From positions 192,001-256,000 of the forward strand of contig CAWDSQ010000020.1 of assembly GCA_963804955.1 (NCBI GenBank): a stretch of DNA of 64,000 nucleotides. Direction: 5' to 3'. Shown here piece by piece: positions 43,159-53,240 of the stretch (positions are counted from its first letter, which is position 1; each line of letters starts with the position of its first letter). The notes under the pieces were generated by a model. The model searched no databases. It had not been told where the DNA came from and saw only the letters and a list, made by a program, of their open reading frames with translations. This DNA comes from an uncultured delta proteobacterium (lineage in GTDB: Bacteria; Desulfobacterota; WTBG01; CAIYCZ01; CAIRTM01). The position numbers and the translations under genes were made by a program.

Positions 43159-43837
43159 ATGATACCCAGGAAACTACTTGGCAGAGCACAGACCCCGGAT
43201 AAAGCCGGCGAGCTGCAGCTGTACCAGCGTGGCGATGACTTTTTTATCTCGTATAATGGAAAAGAACTTATGAACAGCCGCATGCACGGCTCTGAGGATG
43301 TGCTTGCAGAACTTGCCTGTAAGCCCATTGCCTGCATTCCCAAAGCCAGGGTGCTTATCGGGGGGCTCGGACTCGGATATACGCTTGCCGCTGCTCTGTC
43401 AATACTGCGGGAGGACGCTACGGTGATCGTTGCCGAACTGGTGCCGGCCGTGGTTCAGTGGAACCGCAGCTATTTTTGGACATCTGGCCGGCCATCCGCT
43501 GGAGGATTCCCGCGTTGATGTGCAGGAGCACGATGTGTGCATACTGCTCAAAAACGAACAGGGCGGCTTTAATGCTGTGATGCTTGATGTTGACAACAGC
43601 CCCGACAGCATGACGCAGAAAAGCAATGACTGGCTGTACAGCGATATCGGCCTGTCGGTTATCTACATGGCCTTGCGTACTCAAGGGATTTTGACCGTGT
43701 GGTCAGCTGCGCCCGACAGCTCTTTTAGCAACAGGCTCCGAAAGGCAGGATTCGATGTACAGAAAAAAACCGTCAGCGCGCGTGGAGGCGGCAAGGGAGG
43801 GCGACACACCATCTGGGTCGCACACCGGCCAAATTAG
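43159..43837 (+). CDS. Spermidine-synthase-like SAM-dependent methyltransferase-fold protein (one frameshift near 43475)
   Basis: ELMNSRMHGSE, VLIGGLGLGYTL, VAELVPAVVQWN, LDVDN and L.VWSA motifs. Confidence 0.8.
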
Positions 43838-43940
43838 ATCGCATAATGTAGAAATCCGGCTGGACCTTCGCATACAAAAAGTAATTACACTCAGTAAAGA
43901 TGTACCAGCATCACGTAAATTTGTATTTGAGATATCTGTT

Positions 43941-44801
43941 ATGAACATAGGAATAGCCCTGGGCGGCGGCGGTGTGCGCGCCCTTGCCCATATACCGGTG
44001 CTTGAAATGCTCGACGAAATGGGCATAAAACCCAAATTGATTGCCGGTACAAGCATGGGGGCAATTGTAGGCGCCCTCTATGCCTCAGGCATGCCCGGTA
44101 GGCAGATCAGGGAAAAAGTCCTGGGCCATGTCATCCTTCGCAATGACAGCTTGCGGGATGTAATCGGGAAAAAAGCAAACCTGCTGAAGTGGGCATCTGT
44201 TTTTAAGGCAAATTTTTCACGCGGCGGACTTATCAATGCGCAGGGTTTCATCGAGTATCTGTTCAGCGAAATAAAAGCGCGCAGGTTTGAAGATTTACAG
44301 GTTCCCCTGCTGGCTGTTGCAGGAGATTTCTGGACGGGAAAGGAAGTTGTTTTTAAAAAAGGCCCCCTGCTGCCTGCACTTCAGGCCAGCATGGCTGTTC
44401 CCGGCGTATTTTCACAAGTCGTGCTTGGGGGCCATGTGCTGGTCGACGGCGGAACCGTAAACATGGTGCCTTATGATCTGCTCCTGGGCAGTGTCGACTT
44501 AACCATAGCGGTGAATGTCAGCAAAGTTAGAATTCCGGAAAAGCACACAGTTCCCAATGCCCTTGAATCGGTTATGGGCACTTTCGAAATCATGCAGACA
44601 GCCGTGCTCAATGAAAAAATGAAGCGGCTCAAACCAGATATTTATATATGCCCCGAGCTGTACGATGTCAGGATGCTTGATTTCGGAAAAATTGAAAATG
44701 TCATGGAACAGGGCAAGCCTGCCGGGGAACTACTAAGACAAGAACTTATTAAAAAAAGCCTGAATCCTGCTTTCAGATGGCTCAAAAAGATATTCGATTA
44801 G
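43941..44801 (+). CDS. Patatin-like phospholipase
   Basis: LGGGGVR, GTSMG and DGG motifs. Confidence 0.9.
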   Translation: MNIGIALGGGGVRALAHIPVLEMLDEMGIKPKLIAGTSMGAIVGALYASGMPGRQIREKVLGHVILRNDSLRDVIGKKANLLKWASVFKANFSRGGLINAQGFIEYLFSEIKARRFEDLQVPLLAVAGDFWTGKEVVFKKGPLLPALQASMAVPGVFSQVVLGGHVLVDGGTVNMVPYDLLLGSVDLTIAVNVSKVRIPEKHTVPNALESVMGTFEIMQTAVLNEKMKRLKPDIYICPELYDVRMLDFGKIENVMEQGKPAGELLRQELIKKSLNPAFRWLKKIFD

Positions 44802-44950
44802 CAGCGCTGCCGGGTAACTGTCGCCAGCACCTGTGCTTGAAAATGCTTTAAATAAAACACTCATAGTCCTGTGTGTCTTTGCCTCGTGCGCGGCGCACAC
44901 CGTTAAACCGAAAAAGAGTATTCAAAAACCAATACTGCTCTTTTGAGCCC

Positions 44951-46890
44951 CTAAATCGCAACCCCCGCAGCATCTTGGCCGGATGCATCGTTGTCGTCGG
45001 ATTGATCAGCGTCTTCGCCTCAATATGCGCCTTAAATTTACTGCGCTGTTTTTCAAAATACGACCTGTCGGTCGGCTGCAGCGAAAGGGCCTCTTCTATT
45101 GTTTCAAGGGCCTGCCGAAAATCACCATTAATAAAATAGCTCTCTGCAAGGGTATCAAGGATATGCGGTTTAGGATCAAGCTCTGCGGCCTTTCGGGCAA
45201 ACAGGAGAGCTTTTGAGGCGTTGCGCCAGTCGGGATTCTTTGAGGTTGCATACAGCCAGGCAAGATTATTGAGTGCTTCAGCATTATCGGGCGCAAGCTT
45301 GAGAGCAGTAAGATAGGCGCTTTCAGCGCGGCCAAAGTCATCTATTTCAAAATAAATATTTCCCAGCAGAAAATAAAGCTGCGGGTTATCCGGTTCGTGA
45401 CATAATGCGCCGCTCGGTTATTTTTTGCAGCACCGAAAGTTCCGAATCACCCATCAACGAACCGTTTGACAGGAATAGCGTACCGGCAGTCAGCAGAAGA
45501 ACTGCGCAATATGCTGCAATCAGTCGTTTTACCCGGAGATCATGCTTTTTAATAAGACTGCTGTCTGCAGTGCAGCGGCGCATGTAATCAATGCGCTCCT
45601 GTATGGTGAAATGGTGCCAGTTGGGGGCGCTGCGGCTTTGAGAACCGGCAAAAGCAATTTTTTCCAGCGATTGAATAATGCCATTACCTGATCCTGTGTA
45701 CATGCAGGAATAGCCATCGGCCTGCCGTTCAAAGTTACGCGAAAAAAGGCCGAAAAGCAGCCGGAAATAAACAAGTAGAAAAACCAAGAAGAATCAGTAT
45801 GCCGAGGAACGATACTGCCGGGCCGGTCCTGCCTTCAGCAGTTATGGCAAGGTTAAAAATAAAATCCTGAGACAGAAGGAAATAAAAAATGATCGAGAAA
45901 AAAATATAGGCGAAAAAAGAATACCCCAGAACAAACAGGAGATAAAAGAGCATATGATGCCGTTTCACATGACCGATTTCATGCGCAACCACGGCCTCCA
46001 GCTCCTGTTCATCAAGCAGGTCAAGCAGAGCCGGGCTTATAAGCAGATAGCGAAATCTTGGAACAAACCCCAGGACTCCGGCAGTTATGAGCTTGCCGTC
46101 AAACAGATTCCATTCCAGAATATCAGCATATGAAAAATGGGCCTTTTTGCAAAACTGAGTCAGCCGGCTGCGAACAAAACCATGGTCAATGGACTTGCAC
46201 CCCCACATCCGTGACAAGAAGCGGCGGAAAAAAAATACCCATGGCAATAAACAAACACACCATGAACACATACGCGCCAAGCGAGTCTCCCGGTGAACAT
46301 GGTGGCTACGGGGGGCGGCAGGAGTTTTAAAGAGTCAATAACCAGTGAAAATATGATCCATGGTGCAATAATCGCGCTGTTGAACCTACATGTGAAAGAA
46401 CATAGCCCCTCAGGGTCGACCCGGTGTTAAAAAAAAGCCTGTACGAAGGAAAAGCGCATATCCAGATAATGACGAGAAACACAAAAAACAGCATGACCGC
46501 AATAAAACTTTGAAGAAAATCGCTCTGCGACAAAATGGATACTGCGGTGAAAGCTGTCTTGATGTCCAGCACATAGATAAAAACAGCATAAGCAATAACT
46601 GCGATAATCGTGCAGCGGTTTATCAGACTGCCATGGAGGTTTGAAATCGTGGTATGCCTGCCTGCCGTATATGCTTTTTCCAGACGTGCAAAAAGCCACT
46701 TTGCGAGCATATAAAACAGAACATATGAAATCAGCACGCAGCCAAAAATATCTGACGGTGGAAGAACAGGCACTGCGCTGATTTCAGAGAATGAAAAAAG
46801 GGAAAAGACGACTATAAAGTAGAGGAAATTTGAAAACACGCCCAGCGTCTCATTGCAGGCAGGGGGCGGCATGGAGCCGCCCCCGCTCAT
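44951..46890 (-). CDS. Multi-TM M48 zinc metalloprotease with C-terminal TPRs; several frameshifts
   Basis: ELEAVVAHEIGH, SRNFERQAD and WHHF..ERI; manual translation of 45390-45020 gives TPRs (ALNNLAWLYAT, ILDTLAE). Confidence 0.8.
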
Positions 46891-46911
46891 ACATGGTTAA
46901 AAAGAATTTGT

Positions 46912-47139
46912 TTAAATGTATTTGCTGATAATTCGTTTCTGATCGGGCGGCAGCTTTTCATGACGCGCCTGCTCAAAAATCACATCGGCGATTTTAAGAA
47001 CCATGAAATAGTCCTCCTCCACTTTTTTCGTACGCTCTTCAAAAGTCAGATTCTTATACTCAGGAACCAGATGCGATGCATAAAAAGCTACCTGAAGGGC
47101 TGCTGCGATACTGGGAATCATTTTCTTTTTATCCGACAT
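46912..47139 (-). CDS. Small hypothetical protein
   Basis: 75-aa ORF with AGGAAGG SD, co-oriented inside the operon. Confidence 0.55.
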   Translation of the reverse strand: MSDKKKMIPSIAAALQVAFYASHLVPEYKNLTFEERTKKVEEDYFMVLKIADVIFEQARHEKLPPDQKRIISKYI

Positions 47140-49009
47140 ACAAACCTTCCTTTCTATGGTTTAATGAACAGTGGCCTGCATCCGCCATGTCCGGCAGTAT
47201 GCATAACCGGTTTATGAGACCTCTTTTAAATAGTAGCTTATCAACATAGCGTTGCTCAATGGTTTTTTGCGCTGCAAGAGAAGAAAATGTCTCTTCAAAG
47301 CGGTCAAGCACGGACCTGGGTGAATGATTCCAGAGCCGGCGGCATGCTGCCATCATAAAACGATGCAAGCCAGGCAAGCGTATCGTTGCGCAATGAGTTC
47401 CTGAGACAGAAGCCGCCATCTGCACTTTTGTTCAAACGCGGCATCAATAAACCGCAGGTTTCAGCCTCTGAAAGCGCCTCAAGCCTTGTTTTACCGGTCA
47501 GGCATATAGCGGGCAAGCACGGTAAGAAACACGGCCTCGGCACGAAGCTGCACAGGCTCTAAAAGCGTTGTTGTAGCAATAAAACCGGTCATAATCCAGT
47601 CGGGATCAATAGCCCACTGAACAAACAGCAGATTGTCGACAGCGCGGCACATAAGGAGGCCTCGCGTGCAGCCTGCACGTCTTGAAGGGTCATAAAAGCA
47701 CGGTACTGGAGCTGTTTCTTATTGAGAAGCCCCTCATAGATCATGGGCCGCTGCATGGAAAGACCGTGCAGGGTTTCGCCCAAGGGGAGATCCCATAAAG
47801 GACTCCATAAGCAGCCTGTCGCTGATATGCCAGACATGTGCCAAGAAACTCTTTGCGCACTTTCATGATGATACTTATGCCGGCACGAAAAAGCGTTTCA
47901 GGATGCACCTGTTCAAGGTATGCCTGTGCCGTCATGGCATTGCCGGAGCTAAAAGATTCAAGGGCGATACTGATACAACCAGAAGCCTTCAACAGACGCC
48001 CGCTGCGTATCCTCTGAAGTCTGCACATCAAGAGCATCGGCGACTATAATTTTATTGGCTAGTGCTAATCACTGCCCGCTGTATCCGCTCACTGACATCG
48101 GATGTTATCAATGAGTCCCAGCGCTGTCACAAAAAACCGGGGCATATCATCACACGAGAAAACATACCGGGGCAAAACAGCTCCGGACTGGCTCTGCGCA
48201 GAGGTGTCATGTCGTATTGATTGTGCAATTTGCTGCAGCTCCCTGTCTGGCAGTATCTGATAAATTGAAAAAGCCTCATCAAATTCGGGAAAACCGTATT
48301 CGGCAAGGCGTCTGGTTTTCCAGGCATAGGCTGCATCCTCAACTTCGGGCGGACTGTCCCAGATGATTCCTTCGGCAAGGGAGTAGAACCTTCCACGGTC
48401 GTGCTGGTACAGGGCATTAAAAATGGGCATTATAGAACCGTATGCATCCTTCTCGAGAAATATAAAAAAATAGATGCCGTCAAGCGTCGCTGCAGGCATA
48501 TCAGGATATTCTTCGGAAATATCGGTATCCTGCTGAATTTTCTTAACTTTTAGAAGCTTTTTTAAGCGATGCGACCAGAAACTCCTCATCGGCCTTCTCG
48601 AACCAGTCGAGGACTTTCTGTTCATTGCATTTTGCAAGAATACCGTACCAGCGTGCAATCGAAGCTGCATTCAGGCTGTCTTTTCTCCAGCATTCCATAT
48701 CAAACAGAAACCGAAGCTGCTCATGGCTGGTCAGGGAGATCAGCTGCAGGGAGTCCTCGACGCCGCACTGCAGCACGGTCATGTGTATTTCCTGCGGCGG
48801 CAGAGCCTGTACAAGGCCGCGGGCATTTTCAGCCAGCATGATAATATCACGGCGCTTCTGCCAGGGCGCAGCAAGCACAAGATGAATTTGCTGCTCCTGG
48901 GCAAGCCGGTTGAATATGTTCTTCAGCCTGCAAGGGCGTCAAGCTGCAGCAGATGCAGCGGCGTTATACAGTCAGAGTCCTTTTGCAGACTAATCTTCTT
49001 TGTTGCCAT
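47129..49009 (-). CDS. DUF6178-like hypothetical protein, multiple frameshifts
   Basis: Consecutive fragments with LVQALP.QE, EQL.FLFD.ECW.KD, TLDG.Y, E.AY.W...RLAEYGFP.FDEA and LFRAG. Confidence 0.65.
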
Positions 49010-50006
49010 TTATGCATATCCTTCTTTTTTATACCAGTCGATGGTACGGGCTACAACATCGTGAAGCCTGGTCTGTGGTATGCCCAGTACGCGCACAGCT
49101 TTTGAAAAATCCACCCGGCGCTTAAGGGCCAGTATGCGGATATTGGCAGGTGTGGCAAGCGGCTCGCGATGAGTTATATAATCGGCTATGCAAGGTAAGT
49201 GTTCGGGCATAACCCAGAGTTAAAGACACGGGCATTTTTAAAAATGGCGCATGAACTCCGCCTATGCGTGCAATAAGCCTGAACAGATCCCCCATGGCAG
49301 TAAAATTGCCCTGGCACCCCAGATTGAAAGTTTCGCCGGGCTCAGCATGTTCCATGGCAAGAATATGGCCTGCCGCAACATCATCAACATCCACAATATC
49401 GATGCCGCCGTCAAAATAACACGGCACTCTGCCGTGAAGCATATCAAGGACAATCTTCCCCGATGGAGTCGGGTAGAAGTCTCCGGGACCCATTACCAGA
49501 GCCGGCCGGACAATGACCACAGGAAGCCCCTTGTTGAGATACTCTCGAACCACAAGCTCGGCCTCGTATTTTGACTGCTCATAGGGCAGCATTAAATGCT
49601 GGAGGTTAAAGGCGGTATTTTCATCTGCAGGGCTGCCGTCAGCGGTCATGCCAAGCGCTGCTATGGAGCTTGTATGGACAATTTTTTTCACACCGGCAGC
49701 ACGTGCTGCTTCAAGCACATTGCGCGTGCCTTCAACATTAATCTGCCGCAGCATATCATAGTCGCGCATCCAGCTCCGGTACAGGCCGGCAACATGATAT
49801 ACCTGAGAGCAGCCATCCATGGCCCGATTGAGATCATCGCGGCTTCTGATATCTGCCTGCACATGCTCAAGGGGCAGTCCACTGATGTTTTTATGGACGC
49901 TTTCTGAGCGCACTGTTATGCGTATATTTCTGCCCTGCAGCAGCAGCTGCCTGACCAGTGCTGCACCTACAAAACCGGTAGCACCTGTTATCAGTATCTT
50001 TTCCAT
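49010..50006 (-). CDS. HpnA/dihydroflavonol-reductase-like NAD-dependent epimerase (frameshift near the C-terminus)
   Basis: TGATGFVG, HVAG.Y, NVEGT, HTSS, YEQSK and VDVDDVAAGH motifs. Confidence 0.85.
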
Positions 50007-50376
50007 AGCTGTTAATTAAGATATATATTGATTTTACCCTCAGCGTACATTAAAACCATAGTAGGTGTTTTAAAATACTGAAGGAGAACAATAAGCTTGT
50101 AAAATAATATAAAATAATTTATTATTTTTTTCTTTTTATATTAATTATGTATACCAAAAACAGGCAAAACTCAAGAGGTTTTTCTCTGGAGCAAGGTTGG
50201 GCTGTACAGCCGATAGAGCACCATCCTTGCCAGTTCTCTTTTAAACAGCAAGGTTATGTATGGCGGAATCCGGAGCGGCGTTGGGCTTTTTAAAACATAC
50301 AGAGGCTGCTGTGATATGCAGAAAGCACTTTACATCCATAACTGGCAATAAAAACAACAGTTCTGCTGACTAAACC

Positions 50377-50613
50377 ATGAAAATAACCCTAAAACTTTTC
50401 GCGACACTTCGCGATCATATGAAAAATCACCTCAACGGCGCCTGTGAAGTTGCCCTTCAGGAAACTGCAACGGTGCAGGATGTCCTTGCATCATTCCGGA
50501 TACCGGAGGACATCCCCAAAATCATTCTCATAAACGGCATCCAAAAATCCGCTTGCGACGAGCTGCATGACGGCGATACGCTGAGCGTCTTCCCCCCCAT
50601 TGCAGGCGGCTGA
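50377..50613 (+). CDS. MoaD/ThiS-family sulfur-carrier protein
   Basis: KLFATLR...L.DGD.LSVFPPIAGG with C-terminal GG. Confidence 0.9.
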   Translation: MKITLKLFATLRDHMKNHLNGACEVALQETATVQDVLASFRIPEDIPKIILINGIQKSACDELHDGDTLSVFPPIAGG

Positions 50614-50614
50614 A

Positions 50615-51010
50615 ATGTCCAATCAAAAAAACAAACTGCCCGCAGCGTTATCAGCCGGCAAAGGCAGACACCGTGTGCATGCTGCAGTACAAATCCTTGG
50701 AAATGATATCCTGCTGTCGATCTGGGGCGGAATCATGCCCCATATCGGGTCTGTGTCCATAACACAGCCCCGGCCGGGAATTACGAACCCCGAACACCGC
50801 AGCTCAACATCATCCGTCTACAATTTTACCGGGCATAAGGACGAAGCCGTTGCGCGCTGCTGTGCGGAAAAAATAGCAGCGGCATGCGACAAAAAAACAA
50901 TTGCCGTTGCGGGTATCCATATTGACAATGCCTCAACTGCCGACATTGCAGCTATAATGAAAAATGTCGACAAACTGTGTGCGCTCGTAATAAAAATGAT
51001 TGGGACATGA
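50615..51010 (+). CDS. LpdD-like protein (prenylated-flavin chaperone family)
   Basis: G.D.L..I.GG..PHIG.V...GHKD...AGIHIDNA pattern; directly upstream of ubiX. Confidence 0.65.
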   Translation: MSNQKNKLPAALSAGKGRHRVHAAVQILGNDILLSIWGGIMPHIGSVSITQPRPGITNPEHRSSTSSVYNFTGHKDEAVARCCAEKIAAACDKKTIAVAGIHIDNASTADIAAIMKNVDKLCALVIKMIGT

Positions 51011-51012
51011 CT

Positions 51013-51588
51013 ATGAACAAAAAGATTATCGTGGGGATTTCAGGAGCCAGCGGCGCCATCTACGGACTTCGGCTGCTTGAGGCACTGAAACATACAGGCT
51101 CAATCGAAATATTTCTGACAATCAGCCAGACAGGCAAAGCACTCCTGCGGGATGAAATTGCAGCCGGTGCTCTTGATCAGGCGATTGCCCTTGCAGACCA
51201 CTACTATGAAGTTCACGAGCTTGCGGCTCCCATAGCCAGCGGATCATTTTTTACCGATGGTATGATCATCGCCCCGTGCAGCGCAAAAACGCTTGCTGCC
51301 ATCGCCCAAGGCTTTGGCGATACACTCCTCAACCGTGCTGCCGACGTCGTACTAAAGGAGCGGCGCAGGCTGGTTCTGCTGTTTCGCGAAACGCCGCTGC
51401 ATTTGACACATATAGACAATATGGCTCAGGTTACCAGAATGGGAGGGATACTACTGCCGCCGGTTCCTGCCTTTTACCACAGGCCTGCATCAATTGATGA
51501 CATTGTCAACCAATCGATCGGCAAAGCGCTGGATCTTTTCAGCATCGACCATAAGCTCTACAAACGTTGGGGCAGCAGCACTGTGTAA
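51013..51588 (+). CDS. ubiX: Flavin prenyltransferase UbiX
   Basis: GISGASG, IASGS, PCS.KTL, RAADVVLKERR, RETPL and PAFY motifs. Confidence 0.95.
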   Translation: MNKKIIVGISGASGAIYGLRLLEALKHTGSIEIFLTISQTGKALLRDEIAAGALDQAIALADHYYEVHELAAPIASGSFFTDGMIIAPCSAKTLAAIAQGFGDTLLNRAADVVLKERRRLVLLFRETPLHLTHIDNMAQVTRMGGILLPPVPAFYHRPASIDDIVNQSIGKALDLFSIDHKLYKRWGSSTV

Positions 51589-51627
51589 CCTTCCGCTACA
51601 CAGGATCCCAATGCACCCAATGCCCGG

Positions 51628-52983
51628 TCAGGCAGCGTTTTTTCCGAGAGATTTTCTAAATGTCTCCCAGTTTTTTAAAATCGAGAGGGCAGTATCCATG
51701 GGCTTATCGATTTTATCTTTATTATCTTTCTTTTCCGGCTGAATAGCTGTGGCTGCCCCCTTCCCTGCTTCCTCCAGCACCTGATCTTTCTGCTGAGTCA
51801 GGCTCTCGTCAGTTTCGCCGTCTTTAAACTGACTCACCAGATCTTTTTCCCGAAACGTTTTGCTGTGCTTGTCAGCAGGGGAAAAAATATCAAGAGTATC
51901 TTCTACCGTTACGTCCGGAGTAATACCCTTTTCCTGTATAGAGCGATGGCTGGGGGTGAAATATTTTGACGTCGTGATGCGCAGGCCGGAACCATCGCTG
52001 AGAGGATAAATAGTCTGAACAGTTCCCTTGCCGAAAGTCTGTGTGCCGACAAGTATGGCTTTATTATGGTCCTGAAGTGCGCCGGCGACAATTTCAGAGG
52101 CGCTGGCGCTTCCGCTGTTGACAAGGACGACGACAGGACAGGTGATGGCGGACATATCTTTTTTGGCAGCAAACTGCATCCGCTGACTCTCAGTTCGCCC
52201 TTCGGTATATACGATAAGCCCTTCTTCAATGAACTCATCGGCAATCTTGACAGCCTGATCAAGCAGCCCGCCGGGATTGCCGCGCATATCAAGAACTAGT
52301 CCCTTTAAAGAAGGCTCCTGTGCCCTGATGTTTTTCAGGGCTTTCCTGAACTCTTCTGCCGTGGTTTCCTGAAACTGTGAAATGCGAATGCAGAAGTACC
52401 GGTCGTCAAGCTTTTTGAACTTCACGCATTTAATTTTGATGATGTCGCGCTTCAGCGTAAATACCTGTGGATCCTTGAAACCATCGCGCATGATTGAAAC
52501 ATGCAGCATGCTGCCCGGCTTGCCGCGCATTTTTTTTACTGCATCCAGCAGGGTCATATTTTTCGTAGATTCATTTTCAATTTTAACAATTTTGTCACCG
52601 GTTTTAATGCCGGCATTGAATGCGGGGCTGTCCTCAATTGGGGCGACAACGGTCAATACATCGTCCTTGACCGTAATTTCAATGCCTACGCCACCAAAAC
52701 TGCCTTTTGTTTCGACCTGCATTTCCTTGTAGACATCAGGGGGCATATACGAGGAATGCGGATCAAGACGCGAAACCATGCCCTGCAGGGCATCCTGAAT
52801 GAGTTTTTTTGGATCAATCTCATCGACAAAATTAGTCTGCACAAGGGTAAGCACATCGGAAAATGTTTTCAGCGAGTCGTAGACATCCTCCGTACGCCCG
52901 GCACCGTGCAGCGATCCTGTGTCGAAGCACAACCATAGTGCAGCTGCCGCAGCGAATAAACCCAGTACCGTATTTCTATTCAT
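51628..52983 (-). CDS. ctpA: Carboxyl-terminal processing protease (S41)
   Basis: LDPHS, PDZ GGVGIEI, DMRGNPGG, SASASEI and FGKGTVQ motifs. Confidence 0.92.
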   Translation of the reverse strand: MNRNTVLGLFAAAAALWLCFDTGSLHGAGRTEDVYDSLKTFSDVLTLVQTNFVDEIDPKKLIQDALQGMVSRLDPHSSYMPPDVYKEMQVETKGSFGGVGIEITVKDDVLTVVAPIEDSPAFNAGIKTGDKIVKIENESTKNMTLLDAVKKMRGKPGSMLHVSIMRDGFKDPQVFTLKRDIIKIKCVKFKKLDDRYFCIRISQFQETTAEEFRKALKNIRAQEPSLKGLVLDMRGNPGGLLDQAVKIADEFIEEGLIVYTEGRTESQRMQFAAKKDMSAITCPVVVLVNSGSASASEIVAGALQDHNKAILVGTQTFGKGTVQTIYPLSDGSGLRITTSKYFTPSHRSIQEKGITPDVTVEDTLDIFSPADKHSKTFREKDLVSQFKDGETDESLTQQKDQVLEEAGKGAATAIQPEKKDNKDKIDKPMDTALSILKNWETFRKSLGKNAA

Positions 52984-53179
52984 GACACATCTCCAGGTAA
53001 TACTAGAAATAATAACCTTAATTCAGCAAAATGAATCCTGCAGAATGATCTGCTGTTGTATTAAAAAAGTTGCTGCGCACTAAAGCAACAATAGCAAAAC
53101 TAAAAATATAAAGGCTATAAAAAGAGCAAACATATTAATTTTTCTTGTAACACATCAGCCTTTAATGAGGCAAGGCAAT

Positions 53180-53212
53180 AAAAAAAGGAGCGCGAAAAAC
53201 GCGCCCCTTTTT
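53180..53212 (-). terminator. Intrinsic terminator after hppA
   Basis: AAAAAAAGGAGCGCG-AAAAA-CGCGCCCCTTTT inverted repeat. Confidence 0.6.
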
Positions 53213-53240
53213 ATAAATTATGGCCCTGTCGTTTTACTTT

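Noticed and set aside
50200..50376. Moco/Wco riboswitch upstream of the moaD-like gene
   Set aside because: I could not find the characteristic conserved segments or the multi-stem fold by eye.
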